From Hydrolagus affinis (taxonomy: Eukaryota): a DNA stretch of 62,077 bases. The translations under genes were made by a program, and so were the position numbers. Shown one piece after another: positions 12,696 through 26,100 of this stretch. The notes under the pieces were generated by a model. It had not been told where the DNA came from, ran no database searches, and saw only the letters and a program-made list of their open reading frames with translations. Where the stretch lies: positions 1 to 62,077 of the forward strand of contig JAAILG010001770.1 in the NCBI GenBank assembly GCA_012026655.1. Direction: 5' to 3'. Every line of letters starts with the position of its first letter. Position 1 is the stretch's first letter.

Positions 12696-13934
12696 GTGCC
12701 GGTCGGTGTCTCCTGCACCTCTGCGAACTCTGGTGAGAAGCCCCACGTATCCTCTGAGCGACGGTGAAGACTCCTACAGGCCCATTCGCTATGCCCGCGT
12801 CTCCGCGCCGCGTCTGAGCCTGAGGAATTGCGGCTCGGGAGAAGCTACCCCCAGAAGCAGCTTCCTGCACTCGTGCAACATTGAATCTCCCAGCCACTTA
12901 CTGAAGGCTGTGAGCATCGGGTGCCTGGACAAAAACAGGCCAGCTGACAAGGTCGAGGGAGCTGGGGATTCGAAGCAGCCAGTAGACGATTTCCCCGAGG
13001 GTCCGAGCGGGGATGGGATAGGAGGTAATCCGGTCAAACGCAGGGCGCTGTCTTTGGGAACCGCCACTGCAATCCGCAACCTCTCACTCAGCAGAACCAG
13101 CGTACGCTCTCAGGACATCAGGCAGAAGATTTCAGAATGGGAATGCAGGAAGGCAATGTCTCCCAGGCGCAGTCTGATGCTGGACAAGAGAAAGCTTGGA
13201 GATAGGGGTAGCAGCGAGGGCTGCCCCAGTGTGCTGCCTTCACCGTGCAGTGAAAAGACTTTTGATCTGACGGGATTCAGAAGGATGAGCAGGTCGTTCT
13301 CGGAGTGTTCGTACCCTGAGACCGAGGACGAGGTCCTCGATAAAGAGCCACTGGCCAGATACGAGAAAGTGCTCGGGAGAACTCAGTCTCCTAACACTTT
13401 CGTCAAAGAATACTCCAGGAAAAAACAGACTTCTGCCGTACTGTGCAGGATTCAGAAAATTGAGCAAACTCTGAAGGAAAGCCCCAATAAAGACCTTCCA
13501 CAGTTGCCCAGCAGCTGCTACGCGAAGGAACTACTGAGGAGAAAATCTTTGGCCTTGAGTGTATCGGAGGATGTCCGGGAGACGGGGAGTGTCACAAAGT
13601 CTGTCAGTGCTGACCCAGAGCTAACAGAGGCTGAGTCTGACCCTGTCCTGGAGCAAACCCAACTGCAACTAGAGCAAGGGCAGGGCACAGACAAGTCTTA
13701 TCACAAGCCTGGATTGCCCGCCGAGGACTCGCCCGGCATTGTGGTAAATCCCGTGCCAAAACCCAAACGCACCTTTGAATACGAAGCTGATAAAAACCAT
13801 AGGAGCACACCCAACAACAGCCTACCTCCCACCCCACCCCCCGCCTCGCCGCCACCTCTTCCCTCCACTCCCGCCCCTCCCGTCACCAGGAGACAGAAAA
13901 AGGATTTAAACCTTCACAGAAAGATCCACAACAG
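12696..13934 (+). CDS. DENND2B: DENND2B/ST5 large N-terminal exon (Ser/Pro-rich region)
   Basis: tttgcag| acceptor and AG|GTAACA donor. Translation contains CPSVLPSPCSEKTFD, RRMSRSFSECSYPETE, RIQKIEQ, LPQLPSSCY, VNPVPKPKRTFEYEADKN and PPPLPSTPAPPVTRR, all recognisable ST5/DENND2B motifs. 1239 nt, phase 2-2. Confidence 0.95.
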
Positions 13935-16900
13935 GTAACATGACACCATCCAGCATGGCTGCAGTAAAGGGGCTGTGTTTTCAGAATTAAAATAAGCAAA
14001 AGCTGGATCAATTGGGATGTTCAAAATGATGATGGCTAGTTATTTGGGAAGTAAGGGTATAAAGGGGTGTAGGGAAAAGTTGAGGACTTTGGGTACTTTA
14101 TATTCTCAAGCATATTAGTCACAACTGGCCAATATGTGTTTAAAAATGTACGTTATTCCAGAGCTAGCCCGACCGGTTATGGAATGTAGGAATGAGGTGT
14201 GATATGTCTGGTTTTCGCAATTTTCCCAGCAATTCCCAAGTGTGTTGGTTGCTCTCTTGCTTCTCCGGATCATTTTAAATGGCTGCATTGGAAACCATCA
14301 GGAGGCTTGGCTTTTGGCCGAGTATAATCTTCACCAGTAGCTTTGCTGCTTTCTCTCGGATGGTGTTTCCCTGCAATGCTCCTCTTCAAAAGTAAATCTT
14401 CCTTTTTTATGCCTTAGATTTTTATGAATCTTCGTTTACATGGTTGCCGCTGATAGTGCTTTGCTAAATTCCATTGCAACAACTTGTATTTATATAGCGC
14501 CTTTCACGCAGGGTAGTGTCTCACAGTGCTTAACAGAGGCGGATCTGAACACGGGCAGCATGCAATAGTGAATATGCTGCAGTCAGACCAATCCAGGGCA
14601 TGTCTGCTCTACACAATAGATTTAAATCCCATAAATGTGTTTTTTTTATCATTAGAAATTGGTGCAGGATTTGGTTCAGTGCAAGTGCTGGTAATAGGAA
14701 ATAGGGCCTTCAGCCAAACCCCAGAAGAGCTTTGCTCAGTCACTAGTGTGATATTTCCATTTCCTACACTGTGTGTTCTTATAGGCTCTGTAACAATATT
14801 GCCAAACTAATGCCAAATGGGCTAAATGTGAGGGGATATTTATGTTGCACACTTCCGTCCACTGGGAGCCAGATTGAAACTGCCCAAATATCTTTCAATT
14901 AGGCCCTGTACAGCTGTCAGGCTGACAAGAATTTCACCTTCAATGGGACTGAATTTGAGACCAGGTTCTGGAGGTGGCACAAGGCTGGGTTGTAGCTCAA
15001 TCTGTGCCAAGCAGAACCACCTGGAGAGTGTGCAGACCACCCATTGATAGACCATGTGGAGGAACTCTACCCAGAATGAGATTGTGAGTGTCGCCCTCCC
15101 CAATGCAGCCTGTTCACCACAGAAAGCATGACTGTGAGAAGCAGGGAGATCCTGGGAGAGACCCTGCATGTACCCAGTATGATAGACAAAGCATGGACAT
15201 TACTTTAGTATTCAATGAACATTGACAATAGGTTTATTATTCAGTTTACTAGTCCCCTTGTTACATGTTGGACGTGAGAACAAGAGAATTGTCATACTTA
15301 GTGCAATCTGTCTTTGTACATTTATTGTATGATACTGTAGAATTGTAGCAGTTCCCTCATGAAAATATGCATCCATTAGTGCCAAACAGCGGCAGACTTT
15401 TTCCAATGCACCTTTGTGTGCTCCATATCAAGGTAATGCCTGGCACAATGGAATTCATCACAAACATCTCACAATAGATACACTAATACATGTGTTGTTC
15501 GCATAACTGAATATACTTTAATCGTGTGTGTGCATGTGATTTCTTCCTCCGGGGCCTCTCTTGGGTTTAAAATGACTGATTTGCTGCTTGAAGCCTTTAG
15601 ACCATCAATAAACATTGCAAAAGTGCTGGTTACATTCCAGAGGGATGGATTGTGCAAGGAGGCTCAGTCAAATTCTGAATGGCTGCCATTTGCATAAATT
15701 TGCTACTGATGTTTGCGCATTATGATCCTGAGTGGGCTCTGATCATTCGCGGACTGGTTAAACTCTGAGAGCGATTTGGTAAAGGTTTGATAATCACAGA
15801 CACATTTGTCCAGTTGATTTCAAAGCTAATCCATACAGGCCATAACAGAAAGTCTGACTGTTCAGTGTTAATGCATTTATAATAATAATAATAATCAGAA
15901 TAATCCTTGCATTTGATACAGCACATTATCGCATTGTTGAGATGTCTTGAAGTGTTTTACAGAATATTTTGTAAAGTGGGATTGACTGCGAATTTTGTGG
16001 GAAAAACGCGGTGGCTAATTGCACACAGCAGTGTTTCACAAAGCAACTGAAATCTTAACATCAACTTCAGAACGGGCTGAGACATCCATAAGATTTGTTC
16101 AATCCATTTACTCACTTCTATTACGGTTTGTTGCAGAGAAATAAATATTCTGCTGCTAAGTTTGAAATATAGCCATGAAGCTGCCACTCAACTATTTCAG
16201 GCATTTCCTAACCGGATTAAGGTGTTTGCTGCAGTGCTTTGTGTCTGAGACTCTTCACTGGGGAAGTACAGGCAAAGGAAGCCCTTCAGTCCATTTGATC
16301 TGATCCTTAAAGAGTACTGACCTCACTGTCAACCCATCACAGGGCAGGCTAGGTTTTCAATGAGAGCTATGGTTGTGCCTGTTGTGTTCCACATGAGAGG
16401 CATGATTGATGTAGTTGACTGTGACTGGAGCTTGAACTGTCTTTAATCCTCTTGAATAGACACCCATCTGTTTGAGAGTAGGTCACTCTGCCTTCTTTTC
16501 TGTGAATTTTCCATTTAATTTTTGCCATTAGTTACATTGTCAGTTGTAGCTGCCAATTTTACCTTACGAGCAACCAGGTGTTACCTTGGAGGAAAGTCAT
16601 ATTTGTGACATTTGACGAGCAATGTAAAAGCATCAGCTGACCCGAAGAAAGTTTCATACGTTTTTCTTTTTATTGGGTGGAGCAGAAAAAGGCCCATCAA
16701 TTCAACTCCCGAGAGCTCAGTGGAGGGTTGAATCCCAACCCACACTGGGGCCTCTCTCGTCAACCGTATACCACCTACAGAACTAGAGTATTAACAATAA
16801 AACACTTGCATTTATATTGCACTCTTCTCGTGGGCTAGTGTGATGGAACGCTTTGTCACTGTAGCTGAAATGACTGAAGAGGAATATATTGTACTTTCAA

Positions 16901-17194
16901 TTTATATACACACACATAAATAGACATACTGTGTATATATATATATATGTATATATCTATATAGATTATACTGTAGTTGGTTTAAATCCCCAGGTGAAAG
17001 TTAGGCAAAGTTCCCCTTCCTGATCACAATCTGGTGCTAGATGATATGTAAGTATGTGTTAGTGTGTGCAAACAGGATTGGGCTCCTCAGTGATTCATCC
17101 TTCCTGTTCCCTGACTCCTCCTCCACCTTCCCAGGCGCCCACCACCATTTTACACTCTGCCCACACCCACTGTCTAAGGCTCACACATGCCAGA

Positions 17195-17313
17195 ATGACG
17201 ACTTGGTTGAGGTACAGGAGGGATGCTGGCATCCATGGGACTGTACTCCCGAGAAAAAGCACGACCTTCCGAGAGAGAGTATCAGGACAGGAACAATTCC
17301 ATAGGAAAGGCAG
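17195..17313 (+). CDS. DENND2B: Candidate alternative first coding exon of DENND2B (MTTWLRYRRDAGIHG...HRKGR)
   Basis: ATG-led, stop-free 119 nt ending in a strong CAG|GTAAGC donor in phase 2, compatible with the 17855 exon. No transcript evidence. Confidence 0.4.
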
Positions 17314-17854
17314 GTAAGCCTCAATGAGAAGAAATACTTTGAGAGGCCATCCCCCTGGCTGCAGTGTATGCCAAACACCTAATTTGTTTTGTATAAAATA
17401 AAGTGAAGGCTTTTCTCAAGTTGTTTACAGCTGTCTGGGTTGTGACTGACCTGCTGCGGGTTCAGCGGGTTGTTTGTCTGGAGATGTACAAGTTGGTTAT
17501 TTTTATCTGCTGTTCACAAAAACCTGGAGTCAAGCAGAACATTTCTCGACAATGTGGCAGGATGTTAATCAGGGACCCGTGATATCAGTGGCCTGGTTGA
17601 ACAGTCCCGGGATTTAGTGCGAAGTGATAAGCGAAGTGCTCAATGAGCGTCCCACTGCACTGGTTCAATTTCAGTCAACTTTCTCCATCTGAAAAAAACT
17701 AATTGAAAGTGGGATTAGGGGAGAATCTGGCCGTGTGGAGGCGAGAGATCAGTCAGGCTGAGCAAAACTATTCCCCACTCATGCTCTGAAGACTGAATGG
17801 TCTGAAATGGCAGTCCTGATGTCACTGACGCTCCCTTCTTCTGTGTTTTGACAG

Positions 17855-18009
17855 GAAATCTAAGGAGTTTGAAGATGCAATCAGCCTTCGGTCTTCTCAA
17901 CCCTCCTCCCCTACTGAAAATGGTACGTCTTCATCTCCTCTGGAGACACACAGCAGAGTCAGTTCAAAAAGCACTTTAGGAGAAGAGAATGCATACGAAG
18001 ACATCATAG
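17855..18009 (+). CDS. DENND2B: DENND2B exon (RKSKEFEDA...EENAYEDII)
   Basis: ttttgacag| acceptor, G|GTAAG donor, in phase with the previous exon; resembles ST5 RKSFEFEDA...ENAYEDI. Confidence 0.93.
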
Positions 18010-18789
18010 GTAAGAAGCAAGGGTCAAGGCAAAGGTCCACAAAATATCACAAAATATAATTGCTATTCTGTTTATTGACACAACAAGAGCTGAAACAACA
18101 CTACCTGAATTTGGCTCAGAACATTGCTCTCCCATCACATTACTACATTTTGTGAGGCCATAATCAGTGGCATTTAGCAATTCATCTGTACAAAATTGCT
18201 TTTTGCACAAATTATACTTAATAATAATGTGATTAAAAAAACTTGTTACAGCCAGTCAGTTTTCCCAAGATGTTAATAACCCTCTGTTATCAATACGAAG
18301 GATGACGACAGATCTTTGAAGGAGTGAACTTACTTATAGTTTATGCTGTTCACAATGCTGTCAATAATAATATTAGATGGGACTCAGAGCATTGTGCTTC
18401 AAAAACCGATGCATTCAGAGACATCCAGTGGCTTCATATCATCCCAGACCTCTTGTCTGACATATCCAGGAACCATTTCACACCATATATTTGAGATTCA
18501 TGTATAACTCTTAAACAGTTTTCATTAGAAATGATTTTCCCCACGATCCAGGTTGTCCAAAAGCAACCCTAAAAATGGCACATTTAGGAGGCCGGTCACA
18601 CTACTGGAAATTGCATGTGCCCATCATTTGTAGGGAATGAAATGTAATGTTTTGTAGTAGTGCTGACATTCCCTTGGGATGTCCTCCCGATGTGAAAGGG
18701 GTTGTATAAATGCAATTGGTTGTTGTTGGTGGTTCTGCTTTTTTTTAATTGAACCTTCCTGTGAGATCTCAGCCAATGATTCTGCTTGT

Positions 18790-19190
18790 AAATGTACTGC
18801 CTAGTATGGCACAGTCAGTAGATGTGGACATTCCTAGGTTCTGACTTTGGTCTGTGCTGAATTAGCTGAAGTTATTAAGTGTAAGGATTATTATCCCAGC
18901 CAGGCATGTAATAGTGTGTGTTGCAACTGAGCTCAAATGCTTTTGTGCATAGAGAGGGAAAATAAGGATCCTGATCGTTATGCAATGTCTCATGTTGCAT
19001 CATGGGCATGTCAAGAGAGGGTTTTGCTCAGCTGGACTCACACTGGCCACTGACCCTGTTTAGGGTTAGACATTCATATTCAGGATGACCACTTGGGTGA
19101 GATGCCAGAGGGTAACTGAAAGCCATGGAAACAATTCTTCTGCATGACTCAGTCCCATTGGGAGAGAAGAGCGGAAAAAACTTGGAAAGG
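18790..19190 (+). repeat. Old interspersed SINE-like repeat (other copies ~24075-24360 +, ~20860-21110 -)
   Basis: Shared GTGCTG...TTAGCTG and flanking blocks between copies; heavily diverged and not assigned to a family. Confidence 0.4.
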
Positions 19191-21995
19191 ATTCATCTGT
19201 CACTCTGCACCATCCTGTCTCTCACACAAATAATACCCGTGAGCCAAAAACTACAATTAAATCCCAATTTGTATGGTAATATGACTACAACGGACAAAGT
19301 GTTTAAATAGACTGAAATGTACCACCACATGTTGTGGCACTGTACAGTGCTTGGCATATGTGAAAGTCAAATTCATCCTCCAGATAGCATTTTGCCAAGT
19401 GAAGTGCGGTTTAGGACTGAGGGTGCACTCAGTGCATTGTCAGAGGTGCTGACTTTCAGATCAGTAGCTACAAATAAGGTTTTGTCTGTTCTGTCAGATC
19501 CGGTGTATCTAAAATGATTCATGGAATTATGTCAAAACGGATCCAATTGTTGTGCGCAGGCAAATATTCCTTTGTCACAACAATTCACCTGAACAAATCC
19601 AATTAACGTTGCAGTATGTGGGATAAAGGGGTTTAATTTGCAAGAGTCACATAGCGATTTGTAGTGAAACTGATGTTATCCAGGTGTGTTGAATTGCTGA
19701 CCCATCTTTGCCTTGTGCATGGGCAATGATCTCCATACATAAGGAAGATCGTGATGTGATCGACCGCCAACTCATCTCAGGACCTACAGGGTTCATTAGT
19801 TGCAAATCCTTTTTCAACTGTTGCAAATTAGACCCAATTGTTGTCCAAATTAGCTACTGCATTTACCTAACATTCATTGCCCTTGAAAGTAATTCAATGT
19901 ATCAAGCACATTCTCATAAATTGCAAGTATTTATCTTATTACATTGGCTTCCGCCACTGTCATTAGTGCCACTAAGAAGTACCATGCCTTAAACCCTCAT
20001 AGTCCCGAGGAGGGATATTGAATATTGGCTCTAGAGACTGAAGAAGCTGTTTGCCAAACCACTGCAACCATGTTAGAACCATCAAACAGCAATGTTTGGG
20101 TCTAATTTGTGGTATTTGTCAATACGGAATGTGTTATTATTGAATTTCTGAAATATCAATTGTGTTCTTCAACGCTGCCAATTCAGATATTCGATAGCTA
20201 AACATTTCAGTTTAAGAAATCTTGTAAAACAGAACCCATTTGCACCGATTTATTGTGGGAATCCAGTTGAACGTTGGCTCGTTTGTGCCTTAAGTCTTTC
20301 TTTGGGCTCAAAGGGTATTAATTTACTTCGTTTGGAAGGCAATCGGTTAACAATGTCAGCTTCCTGTAGAAAGCTGAGTTGATGCGGTTGAGCATATTCT
20401 GCTCTCAGATGCCAGAAACCACATGTGTGTTTTATTCAGCCACTCTGACTGGAGTCTGAGAAATGTTACAGCTCTGGTTCGGATTTATATTGCATTGCTT
20501 GACATGTTTCTTGACCTGCTTCCAGCTGACCCAAATATTTCTAGCTTCGGCTTAACGTAACTCAAAGATTTGCTTTTTAGCTTTTTTTTATTTTATCCAC
20601 ATTAAACCAAACGATAAGCAAGCAGTATGAGGAGCAGATCTGCTCAGTTATTGTGTGACGAATTAAAGCTGGAGAAAACCAGATAGAGAGCGCCAAGCAA
20701 TATCTACTGTTGCCCTTGGGGTCCATCGTTGTGTGGAAACCTTAGGTGAATCGAAGTGCTGAAGTGTTAGTCTCTTCCTCTTCACCCCATTCATAGTAGA
20801 GCGTGACCTTTTTGATGTCTGTGAACCTGGACAGTAAGTGTCAACAGACTGTTCTACCATAGGAAGCAATTGAGCCCAACCCGAAACAATTCACATCCAA
20901 CAACATACTCATACCAGTCACCAGCAGCCCTTGCCAGCTGGAAATCCTGACTAACGTTACTCTTCCCTAGTTCAGGGGCACAGAGATCACTTTTAACAGC
21001 TCCTTCCACCACTTAGTTGAGATGAGCTAACACTGTTTGGTTCAGAAATGAAACCTGGGACCTTACTGGGGTGGAGTTTCAGGTTCTGTACTTGGCAGTG
21101 ACTCAGTGGAGCCTAGGTGCTAAAGTTAATCTGAAAGTGAGGAGAGGAGGGATGGATCCAATTAATACTGTCCAGGTTGAAACTTGTAACATTCCAAATG
21201 AGTTTGCTTCCCGTAAAAATCACAGGCACCAGCATGCTTTCTAAGCTTCTGTTGCTCATACATTGTTGAGAACACTGCTTTGTGGAGGATTGAAGGTTTG
21301 CTATTTTTATGAAACAGAAAATGCCGTCTTATTGTGTGAACTCTCATTCTGAGAGGCTATATCTCGAGATGTTTTGGCCTTGAGCTGATACTCTCCTCTC
21401 CCACTGCCAGCGGAAACATTCCACAGCAACTGTTTGTCTGACCCACTAATTGAAACAATATTAGAGGCACTAAACGCATGGAACTGTGCTTCTTAAAGGT
21501 AAAACCTTTCTTTTTGGGGTGGGGAGGGAGAATCTTAAGAGTAATGGAAGAGTGTATGTGTGTGTGTATGTGTATAGTTGAGTAGAGTTGTGTATATTGT
21601 CCAACCTTAAGCTTTGGAGAATGAGTCACCAAACTCATTGCACAAACCAATCCTTGAATAACCATGTGGAATGGAGTGAAGTCACATCCTGGCTGATGAC
21701 GCCAGAGCTGCCTGACTTTGTCGGCTATTGTGTGCAACTTCGGGAAGAGGCTGGCTTAAAAGAGAGCAGCCCCGGTCTTAAATGACACTTCATTCTTTAG
21801 CAAAGCACCAGACAAAACACAGGCAAAAAGAGAAAAGAGCTCAAGCGACACCGAAAAAGGCAGAAGCGATTAAAAAAAACTAACAGCAAACAGCAGTGTG
21901 TCTCGTGCTGCCAAACGAGGAAATATTTTTAGATTCACATGACTCTGTTGAATCAGTTCAGCCTGGTGTTTTTTTTCCCCTTCCCTGCTTCACAG

Positions 21996-22088
21996 ATACA
22001 CCCAAAGAAAACCCTTATGAAGATGTGGAGCTGAAAGGCCGCTACCCTGGCAGAAGGTCACAGTTGTCATCCGAGAACTCCCTAGAGT
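21996..22088 (+). CDS. DENND2B: DENND2B exon, 3' part lost in assembly gap (TPKENPYEDVELK...SENSLE)
   Basis: Polypyrimidine tract plus cacag| acceptor and PKENPYEDV motif; the reading frame runs into Ns at 22089. Confidence 0.92.
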
Positions 22089-22188
22089 NNNNNNNNNNNN
22101 NNNNNNNNNNNNNNNNNNNNNNNNNNNNNNNNNNNNNNNNNNNNNNNNNNNNNNNNNNNNNNNNNNNNNNNNNNNNNNNNNNNNNNNN
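22089..22188. other. Assembly gap (100 N)
   Basis: Run of exactly 100 N, typical of an unknown-size placeholder. Confidence 0.99.
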
Positions 22189-22799
22189 AGTGGTGGGAGG
22201 GGGGCGCGGGGGTGGAAATGGAAAACTCTGAGAAAGCGAGGATTTTTATTGTGCTCCTCAGCTGAACTCGAACCAAGCTGAAATTTTTAAAAAGGTTTTT
22301 GTCCACAACTTATCGATGGCAGGCAAAGTGGGCAAAGTTAAAATCTTAATGAAAAAGAACAACAGGAATTACTTGCTAAGCATTAAACTAACTGTGTTTC
22401 CGGGCCGGCCGGACTCTGGTGATGGTGTTTGGGGCTCCCTTCTGATCGTACGCCAAGAAACACTGAAGTTATGGGTTACGAGGGAAAACATAAAGTTAAC
22501 TAATCAAAATACCAGTCGTAAAAAAAAAACATGTTGGTTTCGTCGGATGTTAGCTTAATTTTCATATGTTTGAAGACCAGGAAAATTCTGCAAGAAACGT
22601 TAACATTTGGTTAGTGTAAACTACTTTAATTTCACAGGTGTGAAAACTGAGCCTGATTGACTGGGCTCTGCATTTGCGAGGGCAGGTACTAGCCAACTTA
22701 GCACTGAGTACTGTTTGTATGTCTGTCACTGCTGAGAGTATTCTGTCAGCTGAGTCTTAGGTGTGAGTAAAGTGCAGTGCCCAAGGCTCTGTGGTTCAG

Positions 22800-23190
22800 T
22801 TGGGGTCACTTGTTATTTGAGCTTTGTGGTTTCGATGAGGTGAGAGTAGACGAACAGGATCTTGAAAGAGAAGAATAATACAGAATAAGGTGCTTGAAGG
22901 AAGGGAAGGAACTGGAGTAGGGAGATAGACTGAGAGAGGTAAGAGATGAGGTCAATGTGTCATCGCAATGTTTTGGTGCAGGGATTATGGTGGAAGATAT
23001 CTCCGGATGGGTAGGCTGCAATGTGGTGGAGAGATGACTAGGGGACAGACAGATTTCAGTGAGTCCGAGGAGGTCGAGCTTTGATGGGATTGTGGATGAT
23101 GAGAGCTTGATTTGAGAGCGAGCAGACATTTTGAAGAGCAATTTGCATTGGGACACGATGGGAAAGATAACAATGAAGGACCGGATGTTC
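22800..23190 (-). mobile_element. L2-type LINE ORF2 5' fragment (APE endonuclease remnant)
   Basis: Frameshifted peptides IALQNVCSLSNQ and LDLLGLTEICL resemble APE motifs xNVRSL and DxLxLTETWL. Confidence 0.65.
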
Positions 23191-26100
23191 CAGAGAGTAC
23201 ATTGAGGAACTGTTGGAGTTTAACCAGCTACAGTGCATAGCAGGCCATTGAGAGTACTGTTTGGACCACCCTGGCCATGGAGGCTTTGTCTTACAGGATT
23301 AACAGGAGCTGAGTGGGAACAATTCCTGTTCCCAGGAATGGATGGAGTGGGGTGTTGTGATTTGCAGGAAATGGGCAGTTGTGGAGTTTGCCGGAAAATT
23401 GGGGAGGGAAGGGGGTTTCTGTTTCTGATCCCTGCTGAACGCTGTGGATATCAGGAGAGGAAAGCTGTAACTCGCACCATTCTCCAACAGCAGGTCTGGG
23501 AAAGGTATCAGGGTGGAGGGAGAGAAGAACCAGGGGAAAAAACCAGCTACGATAGTGTGTAATTTGCACAAGGGAATTATAATTACAGTTCGATATTATT
23601 ATAACTTGCACAAGGACGCACAACTACTTGTTTTGTGTCCGGGTTCATGACCCAACCACATGAAAATAAAAAAATCCCTGCATGGCCCCAATTTATACTA
23701 AATTCTGAATTTGCTTAAATAACATGCAACACAGAGGTGCAGTGTCAGCCCTCAGAGGGTTAAAGGGGATGATAGCAGGAATGGGCAGGCCAGCCAGCGT
23801 TCAGTTCTGTGCTTTCCAGATCTCCTGAAACAAGCAGACCCACTGCTTAGTTATGAGTATATAAAATCTCAGCTGCATAACATGAACGGCCACAGCTGAA
23901 TGAGCTGGACAGACCTGGTGAGAACTCAGCAGTGGCAGGCAAAAGTGCTACTCTAACATTTCAACTGCTGGCATTTTACATTTTAACACCGGCAGATGTG
24001 TTTACTTTACGTGCCATTGATCTATTTCTCTAATAGAGGAATAGTTAACTACTAAGCAATGCTGATCCACATCCTAGACCTGGGAAAATTCCACATTCCA
24101 TCGTTACTTTGTGCTGTGTTAGCTGGTCTCAGCCAGGATAAGGGCAGCTAGGCTATCGATTGCCTTGAAGGAGCCTTTGATTAAGGAAAGGGAGAGGAGG
24201 GAATCAAAATGAGCCAGGGTTTCTGCTCCAGGTCTTTATTCAGAGAGACATGTGTGTGGGGGGATATCTGAGGATAGGATCATGCTTGGAATGGTTGAAT
24301 AGGCAGCCGACAGCCATTGTGCTGACTCACATGTGAAAAATGGTTACATGGGTTGGGCACTGGGTACTTTTATTCCCTTTTATTATAAAGTGTGGTTTAT
24401 GCACATTATTCATTGCACTTTTATTGTGGCCAGCCTGGTGTCTGATGCATGTGGAAACCCATCTCTGTGCTTAAGAGTATCCAAATAGTTGCACATATGT
24501 TTACGACCTGTAAGTGCAAATTTCCCTATGTCTGGAATGTGGTGTTTGTACGCTCTCTCCATGGAGGGTTGCAACCTGCCTCATCTAATGTCAGCGAGTA
24601 TTAGGTGCAGGTTGGCAGGAGTCAAGGCTCTAGAGAGCACATTGAGGTACTGCTGGAGTTTAACCAGCTAAGCGCGTAGCAGGCCTTTGCGCTGTTTCGA
24701 CTTCATTGCCCACTGGGGCTTTGTCTTGAAGGATTAACAGTTGCTGAGTGGGAAGAATTCCTGCTCCCAGTCAAGGCAGTAATTAGCAGAGGTTATGGAG
24801 CAATACATTTGGAATCTAAACAAAAAGAAGTCTGTGGCTCCCCAAAAAATTGTCACTAGATTTTAGTGATGCTGGGAGCCAGTTAGATGGTGTCCCAGTG
24901 CTAAAGGGAACACTTTAATTCAATAGTGTTCATTTTTGCACTGGTGCCAAGCATACTGCTGTGCGTTTCAGCTGAAGGGACCCTTGGGCAGACAAACAAA
25001 GCAGGACAAGAGCTGCTTCACATGCAAAGTATCTGCAAAAAAAAGACTGTTTGTATTTACTTTATGAATACCCAGTGGCGATTGGTGTGAACCCCGCACT
25101 GAGCCTGTAAAGTTGCAAAACACAAACAAGTCGGAGAGAGCCTGTTTACAACAGCACGGCGCTGGAATGCTTTAAGACAACTTTGCTCCTTGTAAATGCG
25201 CAGAGAACATGACAATAAGCCTTTAACATGGGTTTGACCTCCTCAACAACATGGCGAGCCATTTACTCTCCACACCACCTTTGTTCATAGTTAATGTTCA
25301 GTCATTTGATTAATGAATAGTGACATTTGTATTACTCATTGGTAAAACCGCACAGTATTTTTTTGAAAAGCCACCTGTGGTCATAAGTAATCTTTGCCTT
25401 GGTTAAAATAAAGTAGTAATAATAAATCTTGATAAAGATTTATATTGTATTTGATAAAGTGCCTATAATGTCTCAAAGCAAATGTTTCGGTGAAGTGCAC
25501 AAACTGTGTATTTGTGGTGCAAACTTGCAGCCTATTTTCTCCCAGCAATGTCCCTCAGATAGCCATAAAATGAATGACCAATTTTATCTGGGGCAGCATT
25601 GGCCAGGATATCAGGAGAAACTTCCTCCACTTTCTGAATAGTACCTTTAATGGCAGACAAGACATTGCTTTAATTGGCAGACAAGACATTGCTTTAACAT
25701 CTCATCCACATGATGGCACCTCTGTCAATGCCAGGTTAGCTATGAACTCAATATCCTTACGTGGGCTAGAACACACAACTTTCTGACTCAGAGGTGAGAG
25801 CAACTGAGCCAGGTTTATGTTGAAGTTGATGCTATGAAGAAATAAAGACCAATGATATTTTAAGAGATGTTATATTTCACGATGGTATTGCCAGGGTTGA
25901 AGTATAATAGAATACAGTAAATCCTGAAATGGCAATACAGCCTTCTCATAATCCATTTTGGGAGCAACGTATAACATGTCACAGCCATTGATCTAGTGGG
26001 ATGACATATGATCAGGTTTAAAGTCCATGATCTCTTTCAAAATGGAATTCTGGTGTTTGCAAAAGAATAATGTTGTTGAAGGCACCCATTTGTTATCGCT

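Noticed and set aside
16933-16962. (AT)n and (CA)n microsatellites (also ~39337-39378, ~46369-46388)
   Set aside because: Ordinary simple repeats.
17923-18009. Possible in-frame alternative donor G|GTACGT at 17922
   Set aside because: It is phase-compatible but has no independent support, and the downstream part encodes the conserved ENAYEDI motif.
25645-25697. ~24-nt tandem duplication (also small ones at ~28490, ~46555-46700, ~49794)
   Set aside because: These are two-unit local slippage events, mostly inside decayed repeats, with no spacers, so they are not CRISPR-like or functional arrays.
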